Source: an uncultured Alphaproteobacteria bacterium
Lineage (GTDB): Bacteria > Pseudomonadota > Alphaproteobacteria > Micropepsales > Micropepsaceae
Direction: 5' to 3'
Length of the DNA: 64,000 nucleotides
Assembly (NCBI GenBank): GCA_963802815.1
Contig: CAWDKN010000058.1
Span: forward strand, 14,214-78,213
The notes below the pieces were generated by a model. The model was not told the DNA's origin. It worked only from the letters and a program-made list of their open reading frames with translations, and searched no databases. The translations under genes were made by a program, and so were the position numbers. Shown here piece by piece: positions 29,873-39,626 of this stretch (position 1 is the stretch's first letter; each line of letters begins with the position of its first letter).

Positions 29873-32400
29873 CAGAACACCTCGCGCCGCGCCGCGCCGG
29901 CGCGATGCCGGCTGGCGACCTGAAAATAGGTGTCGGCGATCGAATCCGACAGCCGCACCATCGACGCATCGATCTCATCGAGAAGCGCCAGCAGCGCGGG
30001 ACGCTTGCCGCTTTCGTCGGCTGCGGCGACGCCGCGCGCGTCGGCGGCGGAGACCTTGGCGCGGATCTCGTCGGCGATCGTCCTGGTGAACATGCGCTGC
30101 TGCAGCGGCGTCTTGCGCGGCAGATCGGCGACGTGACGCGCGATGGTCGCGATCTGAAACGCAGCGGCCCGCGGATTGGTGACGTCGAGAAGAAGCAGAT
30201 CGATGGCGGGCGCTGCCTGGAAAACGTTGAGATAGCGATAGCGGTAGGTCATGGCGCTGTCGGCGATTTCGAGCGCGATCTGGATCTCAGCGACCTCGTT
30301 GTCATCCTGCGACGACAGGGTCTGGCGCACCAGCCGTGAGGCGTGGCCGGCGCGCTCGATGCGCCGGCCGAGATCGAGAAACAGCCAGTTGTTGCCGCGC
30401 GTCATGTTCTCGGCCGAAAGGCCAGACAACGCCGCGGCGCGGCGGATGAGCATGTCGAGATAGGCGCGCGCGCCCGCGGCGTCGAACACGCCAGAAGCCG
30501 TGTCGGGCGTGTCGCGTGCGGTGAGCGCATAAATGGACCGCCAGGTATCGAGCGAGAGACGGTCTCGCACCGACCACGCCGTCCGCTCGACCCGTGACAA
30601 CAGCCGTTGCAGGCTCTGCTGTTCCTGCCCGAAAATGACCGATTGCAGCTCGGCGCCCAGGCGCGCGTCGTCGCCCATGGCCGCCTCGTCGGCCGCAGCC
30701 GCGCTGGCGACAGCGAGCGGTACGAGCAGGCGGCGGGAAAGATCGGCTGCCGCCGCCGTCGCATCGAGGCCGGTGTCGTCGCCGAGGCGAAGCACGACGG
30801 CGCGCAGCGCACGCACGAGATTCTCGGTGCGCTCGGCATAGCGGCCGAACCAGAACAGATTGTCCATCGCGCGGCTGGGCGCTTCGTCGCCAGTGCGGCG
30901 GATCTCGACCGGCGCGCCTTGCGGCCGCAGCAGGCTGAACGTGTCGACAGGCCCGTCGGCCAGCACCCAGACGTCCTTGCTCTCCGCGCCCGATTGCATT
31001 GAGAGGGCGCGCGCGGTGTCGTCCTGCGCGACGCGGGCGAGACCGCCCGGCATGACCACATAGCCGCCGGGCGTCCACGCCGCATAGACGCGCAATGACA
31101 TTGGCCGCGTTCCGAATTTTCCGTCCTCGAACACGGGCGCGCGGCCGAGCGGCGCCACGTCCTGAACGACGGCGGTCGCGCCCCTGCGGCCGATCTCCTC
31201 GGCGAAGCCCGCGATCTCGTCGCGGCTCATCTCGCTGCCGAGCCTGGCCGAGGAGTTGCGCGAGAACAGCGGGCGCGCGTCGAAGGCGTTGCGCACGACG
31301 GATCGGGGAAGCCGCGCCAGGGCTTCCTTGCGGCCCCAGGCCGTGCCGCACCACACGGTCGGAATGTCGTGAATGAGCAGGTCCTCGTCGAACAGGGCGC
31401 GCGAGACGCTGGGAAGATACGCATCGAGCGCCGGCGATTCCACGACGCCGCCGCCGAGCGCGTTGGCGAGCACGATCCCCTTCGACCTGACGGCATCGGC
31501 GAGACCGGCAACGCCGAGCGTCGAGTCGGCACGGAATTCGAGCGGGTCGCAGAAATCGGAATCGAGCCGGCGGAAGATGACGTCGACGGGCGCAAGCCCG
31601 CTCAGCGTGCGCAGGAAGACGCGCCCGTCGCGCACGGCCAGATCCTCGCCTTCGACCAGCGCAAGGCCGAGATAGTGGGAGAGATAGGCGTGCTCAAAAT
31701 AGGCCTCGTTGAAGGGGCCCGGCGAGAGCAGCACGGTGTGGCCCCCGTCGTCGCGGGCAAGTCCCAAAACCGACTCGCGGAAGGCCTGGAAGAACGCGGC
31801 AAGCCTTCGCACGCCGAGCGCGCCGAACAATTCGGGAAAGGCCTGGCTGACGACGATACGGTTCTCCAGCGCATAGCCGAGCCCGCTCGGCGCATCGACG
31901 CGGCTCGCCAGCACCATCCACGATCCGTCTTTCGTGCGCGCGAGATCGGCGGAGAAAAGATGGACGTGGACGCCGCCGGGTGCTGCCGCGCCCTGGAGCG
32001 CGCGCAGATATTGCGGATGGCCGTGGACCAGATGCGGCGGCAGATGGCCTTCGGCGATGAGCTTCTGCGGGCCGTAGATGTCGCCCAGCAGCGCGTTGGC
32101 GAGACGCGCGCGCTGCGTTACCGCGGCTTCGATCCTGGACCATTCGTCAGCGCCGATGACGAATGGAACGATGTCGAGCTGCCACGGCCGCGCCTTGCCG
32201 TCGGCGTCGTCATAGACGTTGTAGGTGACGCCGTTCTCGCGGACCATGCGCCGCGACGAGGCGAGACGGCGCGCGAAGTCCTCGCCGGTGGCGCCGTCGA
32301 AGGCGGAGGCGAGTGCTTGCCAGTGCGGACGCACGCGCCCGGCGGAGTCGAGCATTTCATCGAAATGGCTGGGGGTGCGCATGGTCGCGGCGTCAGACAT
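29872..32400 (-). CDS. Circularly permuted type 2 ATP-grasp protein fused to an alpha-E domain
   Basis: APSGLGYALENR, YFEHAYL, DFCDPLE, MPGGLAR, SKDVWV; alpha-E NLFWFGRYAER and LGRRIER. Confidence 0.92.
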   Translation of the reverse strand: MSDAATMRTPSHFDEMLDSAGRVRPHWQALASAFDGATGEDFARRLASSRRMVRENGVTYNVYDDADGKARPWQLDIVPFVIGADEWSRIEAAVTQRARLANALLGDIYGPQKLIAEGHLPPHLVHGHPQYLRALQGAAAPGGVHVHLFSADLARTKDGSWMVLASRVDAPSGLGYALENRIVVSQAFPELFGALGVRRLAAFFQAFRESVLGLARDDGGHTVLLSPGPFNEAYFEHAYLSHYLGLALVEGEDLAVRDGRVFLRTLSGLAPVDVIFRRLDSDFCDPLEFRADSTLGVAGLADAVRSKGIVLANALGGGVVESPALDAYLPSVSRALFDEDLLIHDIPTVWCGTAWGRKEALARLPRSVVRNAFDARPLFSRNSSARLGSEMSRDEIAGFAEEIGRRGATAVVQDVAPLGRAPVFEDGKFGTRPMSLRVYAAWTPGGYVVMPGGLARVAQDDTARALSMQSGAESKDVWVLADGPVDTFSLLRPQGAPVEIRRTGDEAPSRAMDNLFWFGRYAERTENLVRALRAVVLRLGDDTGLDATAAAADLSRRLLVPLAVASAAAADEAAMGDDARLGAELQSVIFGQEQQSLQRLLSRVERTAWSVRDRLSLDTWRSIYALTARDTPDTASGVFDAAGARAYLDMLIRRAAALSGLSAENMTRGNNWLFLDLGRRIERAGHASRLVRQTLSSQDDNEVAEIQIALEIADSAMTYRYRYLNVFQAAPAIDLLLLDVTNPRAAAFQIATIARHVADLPRKTPLQQRMFTRTIADEIRAKVSAADARGVAAADESGKRPALLALLDEIDASMVRLSDSIADTYFQVASRHRAGAARREVF

Positions 32401-32512
32401 GGATCATGCCTTCGCATCCCATACGTCACTCCCCCAACCCTTGCGGGCTACGACATTCACACATCTCGATGGGTTCGACCGAATGCAACACCGCGCAAGC
32501 CTCCCCTTGAGG

Positions 32513-32770
32513 GCTACGATGTTCACACATCTCCGTAAGATCGTCATGGGTGGCACCCCGATCCGCGCGAGAGCGCGGTCGGAGTGCAGGCTCCCGTGCC
32601 GCCCATCCATGAACGCACGCGTCGAAATGGCCGCGGCTGGCGCGGCCACGGTGTGCGGGAAAGCCTGTGCGTGGCGGGCGCAAGGGCCCGCCAATGCGGA
32701 ATTCGTGTTCATGGGTGGCCGGGACGAGCCCGGCCATGACGACCTGTTGGGGATGCGTGAATCGCTTAGC
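32513..32770. mobile_element. MITE-like element (inner, same TIR family), 7-bp duplication CTTGAGG/CTTGGGG
   Basis: TIRs 32513-32531 and 32752-32770 match at 14/19; flanks at 32506-32512 and 32771-32777. Confidence 0.7.
32543..32740. repeat. REP-like inverted doublet (GTCAT family) inside the inner MITE
   Basis: GTCATGGGTGGC...GCCGCCCATCCATGAAC and GTTCATGGGTGGCCGGG...CCCGGCCATGAC. Confidence 0.7.
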
Positions 32771-32920
32771 CTTGGGGGAGGGTAACGCAGTGTGTGCCAT
32801 GCCAAATTCATGCTCGTGGAGGCGACGCGCAGGCCGCCCACGATGCGTGAATCGCGTAGCCTTGCGGGCGGGGGAGTCCGCTTATTTCCCGGACACATAC
32901 GCGTCATCCGACTCATCGCC

Positions 32921-35900
32921 TCAATTACCCCGCCTGAGGTCCAGCGTGTGGGGAAAGTCAGGGTTGATGATGGATGGCGGTGGCTCGAACTGGCCCGGCG
33001 TGAAGCCGAAGGGTTCGAAGCGGGCGAGGCGGCGCCCCTCGGCCTCGTAGGCGTTGACGGGGAAGGTGTCGTGATTGCGGCCGCCGGGATGAGCGACGTA
33101 GTAGGTGCAGCCGCCGAGCGAGCGCTTGGCGCGCGCGTCCCAGATCTCGCAGGTGAGCGGCACATGCGGCGCGATCGTCGGATGCAGCGCATGCGCGGGA
33201 CCCCAGGCGCGAAAGCGCACGCCACCCACGGCCGTATCGACGTCGGTCGCGGTCAACGGCGCGCGCCGCCCATTGACGAGGACGTGGTGACGGCCGGCCG
33301 TGAGTCCCAAGAGCTTAACCTCAAGACGCTCGACCGAGCTGTCGACGTAGCGCACCGTGCCGCCTGGCGCGCCTTCTTCGCCCATAACGTTCCAGGGTTC
33401 GAGCGCCTGGCGCAGCTCGAGCCGCACGCCGTCGTAGCGGACCGTCCCGTGGAGCGGAAAGCGGAACGCCCAATGCGGCTTGAACCAATCGGCGTCGAAG
33501 GCGAAGCCGTGCGCGTTCATGTCGGCGATCACCTCGGCGAAATCGGCCCAGACGAAATGCGGCAGCATGAACCTGTCATGCAGCGCCGTGCCCCAGCGCA
33601 CCAGCGGTGCCGCATAGGGCTCGCGCCAGAAACGCGCGATCAGCGCGCGCAGGAGCAACTGCTGCGCCAGGCTCATCTCGGGATGCGGCGGCATCTCGAA
33701 AGCGCGGAATTCGACGAGACCGAGACGCCCGGCGGGGCCCTCGGGCGAATAAAGCTTGTCGATGCAGATCTCGGTGCGATGCGTGTTGCCTGTCGCGTCG
33801 ATCAGCAGGTTGCGGAAGATGCGATCGACCAGCCAGGGCGGCACATTGCCTTCGAGGCGCGACGGCACTTCGCCGAAGGCGATCTCGAGCTCGTAGAGCG
33901 AATCCAGGCGCGCTTCGTCTATGCGCGGCGCCTGGCTCGTTGGCCCGATGAAAAGCCCGGAGAACAAAAACGAAAGCGAGGGATGGTTCTGCCAATAGGC
34001 CAGCAGGCTCTTGAGCAGGTCGGGCCGGCGCAGGAAGGGACTGTCGGGCGGCGACGCCGCGCCGACCACGATGTGATTGCCGCCGCCGGTGCCGGTATGG
34101 CGCCCATCGACGAGGAATTTCTCGGTGTCGAGGCGCGAGGCGCGCGCTTCCTCGTAAAGCGCATAGGTGACCTCGACCTGCTCGCGCCAGCTGTGCACCG
34201 GATGGATGTTGACCTCGATGACGCCGGGATCGGGCGTGACCTTGATGACGTTGAGGCGCGGATCGAAAGGCGGTGTGTAACCTTCGACGTGAAGGCTGGC
34301 GCCGATCTCCGCGGCGGCATCTTCCACGGCGGCGAGGAGATCGAGGTAGTCGGCGGCGAATTCCGTCGGCGGCATGAAGACGCAAAGTCGTCCGTCGCGG
34401 GGCTCGACCGCGAGCGCGGTGCGCACGCTTACGCCTTCGCTCGGCGTCTCCTGCTCCAGGCGCGCGCGCCGCGCCTCCGCGTTGGGATCGCGTGTCTCGC
34501 CAGAGAGAAAAGGCTGGCGCGTGGAATCCGGATCCGGCAGAGGCGGCAGATCGGCGAAGGGATCGGGCGGCTGCACGAAAGGCCGGGCCGCCGGCGGCAG
34601 CCACGGCAAGGAGCCGAGCGGCAGCCGGTAACCGACGGGGGAATCGCCGGGCATCAGCAGCAAACGGCCGTTGCGCGTGGGCCATCGCTCCGAACGCCAG
34701 CGCCTGCGGTCGGGCGCATTCCAGGACTGAACCGGAAGGATATAGCCGGTGGGCTTTCCGAGACCGCGCGTGTAGACGCGCATCAGCCGCGCGCGTTCCT
34801 CCGCGTCGTCGAGCTTGGAGTCGAAGGGATCGACGTTCGGGGGCAGCGCCTGCTCCTTGGCGAGGTAGTGCAGCGGATCCTCGTAGGCGGGCATCGCGCA
34901 ATTGGGATTGAGACCGAGCCGGCGCGCGATGCCTTCGGCGAGACGGCGCGCATCGGCTTCCGTCGGGTTGTAGTCCTGGCGCTCCTGCGCAATGCGCGTC
35001 TCGTCGCGCCACAAGGGCTGGCCGTCGCCGCGCCAATACAGCGCGAAGGACCAGCGCGGCAGGCTCTCGCCCGGATACCATTTCCCCTGGCCGTAATGAA
35101 GCAGGCCGCCCGGCGCGAAGCGCTCGCGCAGACGGCGGATGAGCGTGTCGGCGAAGGCGCGCTTGGTCGGACCGACGGCATCCGTCGACCATTCCGCGCC
35201 CTCGCGGTCGTCGATCGAGATGAAGGTCGGCTCGCCGCCCATAGTGAGGCGCACGTCGCCTTCGCGAAGTACATCGTCGACGCGATCGCCGAGCTTTTCG
35301 ATCGAACGCCATTGCTGCGGCGTGTAGGGCTTGGTGACGCGCGGCGGCTCGGCCACGCGCGTGACCGTCATGTCGAATTCGAAACTTACTTCGCATTCGT
35401 CGAGGCTGCCCGCGATCGGCGCTGCCGCCGTCGGATTGGCGGCGCAGGCGACGGGAATGTGACCTTCGCCGGCGAACAATCCCGATGTCGGGTCGAGACC
35501 GACCCAGCCCGCGCCGGGCAGGTAGACCTCGCACCAGGCGTGCAGGTCGGTGAAGTCGACATCGGTGCCCGACGGGCCGTCGAGCGATTTCAAATCCGGC
35601 TTGAGCTGGATGAGATACCCGGAGGCGAAACGCGCGGCGTAGCCGAGGTGGCGAAGCAATTGCACGAGGAGCCAGGCGGAGTCACGGCATGAGCCGGAAC
35701 GTTTTTCCAGCGTCTCGTCGGGCGTCTGGATGCCGGCTTCCATCCTGATCAGATAGGCGATGTCATGCTGGAGCCGCGTGTTGAGATCGAAGAGGAATTG
35801 CGTCGTCGGCCGTTCCGCACGCGGGATCTTGCCCAGGTACTCCTCGAACAGCGGACCGCAGCGCAGCTTTTGCAGGTAGGGCGCAAGGTCTTCGGCCAGA

Positions 35901-36226
35901 GACGCCTCATAGGCGAAGGGAAATTTTTCCGCGTCCGGCTCGAGGAAGAAGTCGAACGGATTGATGACGTTCATCTCGGCGACGAGATCAACTGTGACGG
36001 TGAAGTACTCGGTCTTCTCCGGGATGGTGATGCGGGCGAGCCAGTTCGCCTGCGGGTCCTGCTGCCAATTCAGGAAGTGCGCCGCCGGACTGACGTTCAA
36101 GGCATAGGACAGGATGGGCGTGCGGCAATGCGGCGCCGGCCTGAGGCGCACGACCTGCGGACCCATCAAGATGGGGCGGTCGTAGCGATAGCGCGTGGCG
36201 TGGTGGATGGCGGCCCGGATGCTCAT
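32921..36226 (-). CDS. Transglutaminase plus DUF2126 (putative amidoligase) fusion
   Basis: GSCRDSAWLL, DLHAWCEVY, LTMGGEPTF, TPDPGVIEVN, GTGGGNH, SQAPRIDEAR, EFRAFEMPPH. Confidence 0.92.
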   Translation of the reverse strand: MSIRAAIHHATRYRYDRPILMGPQVVRLRPAPHCRTPILSYALNVSPAAHFLNWQQDPQANWLARITIPEKTEYFTVTVDLVAEMNVINPFDFFLEPDAEKFPFAYEASLAEDLAPYLQKLRCGPLFEEYLGKIPRAERPTTQFLFDLNTRLQHDIAYLIRMEAGIQTPDETLEKRSGSCRDSAWLLVQLLRHLGYAARFASGYLIQLKPDLKSLDGPSGTDVDFTDLHAWCEVYLPGAGWVGLDPTSGLFAGEGHIPVACAANPTAAAPIAGSLDECEVSFEFDMTVTRVAEPPRVTKPYTPQQWRSIEKLGDRVDDVLREGDVRLTMGGEPTFISIDDREGAEWSTDAVGPTKRAFADTLIRRLRERFAPGGLLHYGQGKWYPGESLPRWSFALYWRGDGQPLWRDETRIAQERQDYNPTEADARRLAEGIARRLGLNPNCAMPAYEDPLHYLAKEQALPPNVDPFDSKLDDAEERARLMRVYTRGLGKPTGYILPVQSWNAPDRRRWRSERWPTRNGRLLLMPGDSPVGYRLPLGSLPWLPPAARPFVQPPDPFADLPPLPDPDSTRQPFLSGETRDPNAEARRARLEQETPSEGVSVRTALAVEPRDGRLCVFMPPTEFAADYLDLLAAVEDAAAEIGASLHVEGYTPPFDPRLNVIKVTPDPGVIEVNIHPVHSWREQVEVTYALYEEARASRLDTEKFLVDGRHTGTGGGNHIVVGAASPPDSPFLRRPDLLKSLLAYWQNHPSLSFLFSGLFIGPTSQAPRIDEARLDSLYELEIAFGEVPSRLEGNVPPWLVDRIFRNLLIDATGNTHRTEICIDKLYSPEGPAGRLGLVEFRAFEMPPHPEMSLAQQLLLRALIARFWREPYAAPLVRWGTALHDRFMLPHFVWADFAEVIADMNAHGFAFDADWFKPHWAFRFPLHGTVRYDGVRLELRQALEPWNVMGEEGAPGGTVRYVDSSVERLEVKLLGLTAGRHHVLVNGRRAPLTATDVDTAVGGVRFRAWGPAHALHPTIAPHVPLTCEIWDARAKRSLGGCTYYVAHPGGRNHDTFPVNAYEAEGRRLARFEPFGFTPGQFEPPPSIINPDFPHTLDLRRGN

Positions 36227-36407
36227 GCCCGGGATTATGCCGCAACTGCGAAGGGGCGCCATGGCCCCTCCGCACCTGCGTCATATGGCCGGAGACGGGG
36301 CATTGAGAGCGTTCAGGAGCAAAACCCCAAAAAAGCTCGTCATCGCCCGGCCGGCAACCGCGACACCTTTTGTTTTGGGCGGAACACCAGGCGTTCTGAA
36401 GCGCCGG

Positions 36408-36707
36408 TCAGCGGTAGTAATAGTGGTGATAACGCTCGCTGTAATACCGGTGCCGGTAGTAGCCGGCATGGCGGCAGTCCATGTCGCGGGAAATGGCATT
36501 GCCAGCCAGGCCGCCCAGGACGGCGCCGCCGATCACGCCGCCGGCGCCATGCACGACCGTGCTGCCGATCAGGCCGCCACCCACGGCACCAAGCACCGTT
36601 CCGGTTGTGTGGCTGTGACGGCTGCAGCCGTCCGCGTTCGCGGCCACCGTCCCGGCGCCGAGCGCAAGCAGCGCGGCGGCGAACGCGGTTCCAATCCTGC
36701 TCAACAT
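36408..36707 (-). CDS. Glycine-zipper 2TM secreted protein
   Basis: Signal peptide, GTVLGAVGGGLIG...GAVLGGLAGNAI, Tyr/His-rich tail. Confidence 0.8.
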   Translation of the reverse strand: MLSRIGTAFAAALLALGAGTVAANADGCSRHSHTTGTVLGAVGGGLIGSTVVHGAGGVIGGAVLGGLAGNAISRDMDCRHAGYYRHRYYSERYHHYYYR

Positions 36708-36847
36708 CGCACGCTCCTGCTTATAACGTCCTGACGCGCGAACGCGTCAGGACGCGACACGAAGTTCCAATTGCATTAGGCGAATACGCCAGCGCCATCA
36801 GACACGGCACCGTTTTAAATGCGGGAGGACGCAAAGCGTTCCCGGCG

Positions 36848-37000
36848 TCAGTCGGGGTTATCGTCGTCGCGCATCAGGATGCGATGCGCGGCGCCGTCGA
36901 GGTCGTCATATTGGCCGCTTCTCACCGTCCACAGGAATGCGATCAGACCGGCGATACCCAGAAGCAGGGCCGCGATGACGAGAAGCGCCAAGCCTGGCAT
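36848..37000 (-). CDS. ccoS: cbb3 oxidase assembly protein CcoS/FixS
   Basis: AFLWTVRSGQYDDLDGAAHRIL signature. Confidence 0.92.
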   Translation of the reverse strand: MPGLALLVIAALLLGIAGLIAFLWTVRSGQYDDLDGAAHRILMRDDDNPD

Positions 37001-39162
37001 CAGCGGCGCTCCTTCACGGATTGCCGCAAGGCATTGAGCGTCACGATCAGCGAAGAACTCGCCATGGCAATCGCTGCGAAGAGCGGTGTGACGAGACCGA
37101 GGGCTGCGAGCGGAATGGCAAACGCGTTGTAGGCGGCGGCGAAGGCGAAATTCTCGAGTACCAGCGCACGCGACTTCCGCGCCACGTCGTACGCATCGGC
37201 GATGGCAAGCAGCGATGGCGTTTGCAGGATCATGTCCGCCGCGGCCTGCGCCGCATCGATGGCGCTGGCGGGCGAGATCGAGACGTGGGCAAGAGCCAGC
37301 GCTGCCGCATCGTTCAACCCGTCTCCGACCATCAGCACCTTGTGGCCCTGGGTGCGCAATTCCTTGAGGCGGCGGGTCTTGGCGATAGGATCGACCTCGC
37401 CACGCCACGCGCCGATTCCGGTTTCGCGCGCGACCGCCTCGACCACCGCGCGCCGGTCGCCGGAGAGAATCTCGACGCGGATTCCCTTCTGCGTCAGGCG
37501 CCGCAGCGTTTCCAGGGCATCGGGACGGATCCCGTCGGCGAAGGCGAAGCGCACCGGTGCATCATTGCCTTCGCGAAACCACAATTCGCCGGCGCCGCCG
37601 CCCTTCGACAACGCGCCGACCCAGACTGCGCTGCCGAGCCGGGTGACGATGCCGTTTGAGACCTGCTCCAGGCCCTTGCCGGGGACTTCTTTCACCGAAG
37701 CTGCGACGGGACCGGCGCCGGCCGCACTGGCGAGTGCCGCGGCGAGCGGATGGCGGCTCGCCCTCGCAAGGCATGCGGCCTTGGCCAGGAGCTCGCCGGA
37801 ATACGATCCGTCACGCATGAGACGCGGCGCGCCGAGCGTCAGGGTGCCCGTCTTGTCGAAAATTGCGATGTCGATCTCAGCCAGGCGTTCGAGCGCATCG
37901 CCGGATTTCACCAGCATGCCGCGCCGGAACAGGAGACCGCTGGCAACGACCTGCACGGCGGGAACGGCGAGACCGAGCGCGCACGGACAGGTGACGATGA
38001 GAAGCGAGACGGCGTTGCGCAAGGCGACGGCAAATCCCGCATCCAGCGGCAGAAGCCAGACGAGAAAGACGGCGAGCGCGAGCCCATGGACCGTGGGCAC
38101 GTAGAATTGCGCCGCGCGATCGGCGAGACGGACATAGCGATTGCGGTTTTGCTGTCCCGCTTCGATGAGCCGCGAGATGTCCGCCAGCAGCGAGTCCTTG
38201 ACGCCCGCGCGCGCCTCCAGCGTCACCGGACGATCGAGCACGATGGATCCGGCGCGCAGCAGCGAGGCCGGGGGAACGGTCACGGGCGCAATTTCACCGG
38301 TGACGAGCGACAGATCCGCCTCGAATTGGTGATCGCCGGTGACGCCGTCGACGGGTGCGCGCTCGCCCGCGGCCAGCAGGATGCGGTCGCCGGCCGCAAG
38401 ATCGCGCGCCGCAACGGTCTCGATCGTGCCGCCGGCGCCGATGCGGCGCACGTCGACGGCCTGCATGGCGACGAGCGCATTGGCCGCGTTCCACGCCCGG
38501 CGGCGCACGACGAAATCGAGATAGCGGCCGATCAGAAGCAGGAAGGGCAGCATCACCGCGGCGTCGAAATAGGTCTCAGGACCGCCACGAAGCGCCTCGT
38601 AGAAGCTCAGGCCCAGCGAGGAGACGACGGCGAGCGAGATGGGCACGTCCATGTTGGCGCGCCCGACGCGCAGGCTCGACAGCGCCGAGCGAAAGAAGGG
38701 CCGCGCCGCATAGAGCGCGGTGGGCGCGGCGACGAGGGCCTGCGCCCAGGTCAGCATGGCGCGCGTCGCCAGTCCCATGTCGCGGCCGCCATAGTAGAGC
38801 GTGTCGGTCAGGCCGCCGACGAATACGACGCCGAAACCCGCGATGGCGAGGCAGGTGAGCAGGAAGCGGCTTTCATCGGCATCGCGGTCCTGCACGGCTT
38901 TGGGATCGTAGGCCCAGGCGTCATAGCCGAGCGCGCGGATGCGGGCGCGAACCGTGTCCAGGGCGAGCATGGGATCGCCTTCGACCGTGAGCTTGCCCGT
39001 GGTCAGGTTGAGACGGGCCGTACGCACGCCGGCAAGGGCGCCCACGCCGGATTCGATTCGCGCGATGCAGTTCGCGCAGCGCGCGCCTTTCACCAGAAGC
39101 TCGATTGCATGCGCGCGCGCCGTTGCGGACACGGGCGCGGCGACGGAACTCAGGGAATCCAT
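37000..39162 (-). CDS. ccoI: Copper-translocating P-type ATPase CcoI/FixI
   Basis: CANC metal-binding domain, TGE, CPCALG, DKTGT, GDGLND. Confidence 0.95.
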   Translation of the reverse strand: MDSLSSVAAPVSATARAHAIELLVKGARCANCIARIESGVGALAGVRTARLNLTTGKLTVEGDPMLALDTVRARIRALGYDAWAYDPKAVQDRDADESRFLLTCLAIAGFGVVFVGGLTDTLYYGGRDMGLATRAMLTWAQALVAAPTALYAARPFFRSALSSLRVGRANMDVPISLAVVSSLGLSFYEALRGGPETYFDAAVMLPFLLLIGRYLDFVVRRRAWNAANALVAMQAVDVRRIGAGGTIETVAARDLAAGDRILLAAGERAPVDGVTGDHQFEADLSLVTGEIAPVTVPPASLLRAGSIVLDRPVTLEARAGVKDSLLADISRLIEAGQQNRNRYVRLADRAAQFYVPTVHGLALAVFLVWLLPLDAGFAVALRNAVSLLIVTCPCALGLAVPAVQVVASGLLFRRGMLVKSGDALERLAEIDIAIFDKTGTLTLGAPRLMRDGSYSGELLAKAACLARASRHPLAAALASAAGAGPVAASVKEVPGKGLEQVSNGIVTRLGSAVWVGALSKGGGAGELWFREGNDAPVRFAFADGIRPDALETLRRLTQKGIRVEILSGDRRAVVEAVARETGIGAWRGEVDPIAKTRRLKELRTQGHKVLMVGDGLNDAAALALAHVSISPASAIDAAQAAADMILQTPSLLAIADAYDVARKSRALVLENFAFAAAYNAFAIPLAALGLVTPLFAAIAMASSSLIVTLNALRQSVKERR

Positions 39163-39626
39163 AGCCGCCTGTCCGCCTCGAAGGGCGTCTTTGCCGCCGT
39201 GTCCACGACGACATCCCAGACGCCAGGCGCGACGTGGCGCGCTTCGGACGCATAGAGGCCCGGTTGGACTTCCTTGAAGGTCAGCGCACGGTCCCATTGC
39301 GAATCGGTCGGGCGGCGAAGCAGGCCCTTGAGCACAAGACGGTCGAGCGGCGTGCCTTTCTGCGAGACGAGCGTCACCACGACGCGCGCGCGCCCGGACC
39401 GTTCGCGCGCTGCGTCGATCGTGGCGGTCCAGCCCATTTCCTTCTGGATGGCCCGCTTGGCCAGCGTCTGGTTGTATTCGACGCCCTGCATGTAGGAATC
39501 GTCCACGTCCTCGCCGCTGAAGGTCGTAACGGCCTTCACGATGAAGAGGACATTGACGGCGGCGATGACGCCGAAGAACACGACGAAGCCTAGGAATACA
39601 CCGCGGCCGGAAAAGGTCCTGGTCAT
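39150..39626 (-). CDS. ccoH: FixH/CcoH
   Basis: FFGVIAAVN, TFSG, SY...YNQ, LRRPT; operon position. Confidence 0.9.
   Translation of the reverse strand: MTRTFSGRGVFLGFVVFFGVIAAVNVLFIVKAVTTFSGEDVDDSYMQGVEYNQTLAKRAIQKEMGWTATIDAARERSGRARVVVTLVSQKGTPLDRLVLKGLLRRPTDSQWDRALTFKEVQPGLYASEARHVAPGVWDVVVDTAAKTPFEADRRLWIP

Larger units (their letters stand above)
32447..32860. mobile_element. MITE-like element (outer), 19-bp TIRs, 7-bp target duplication CTTGCGG
   Basis: TIRs 32447-32465 and 32842-32860 match at 16/19; CTTGCGG at 32440-32446 and 32861-32867. Confidence 0.75.

Noticed and set aside
32428-32877. CRISPR-like array suggested by repeated 19-mers
   Set aside because: Two direct and two inverted copies with irregular spacing and no cas genes; nested inverted-repeat elements explain it better.
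32792-35692. 966-aa plus-strand ORF, and many other long antisense ORFs in the track
   Set aside because: Shadow frames of well-supported opposite-strand genes in high-GC DNA; no recognisable motifs.
36726-36769. ECF promoter upstream of the small glycine-zipper gene
   Set aside because: GGAAC-to-CGTT spacing is 19 nt, outside the usual range; only a hairpin (CGTCCTGACGCG...CGCGTCAGGACG) is certain.
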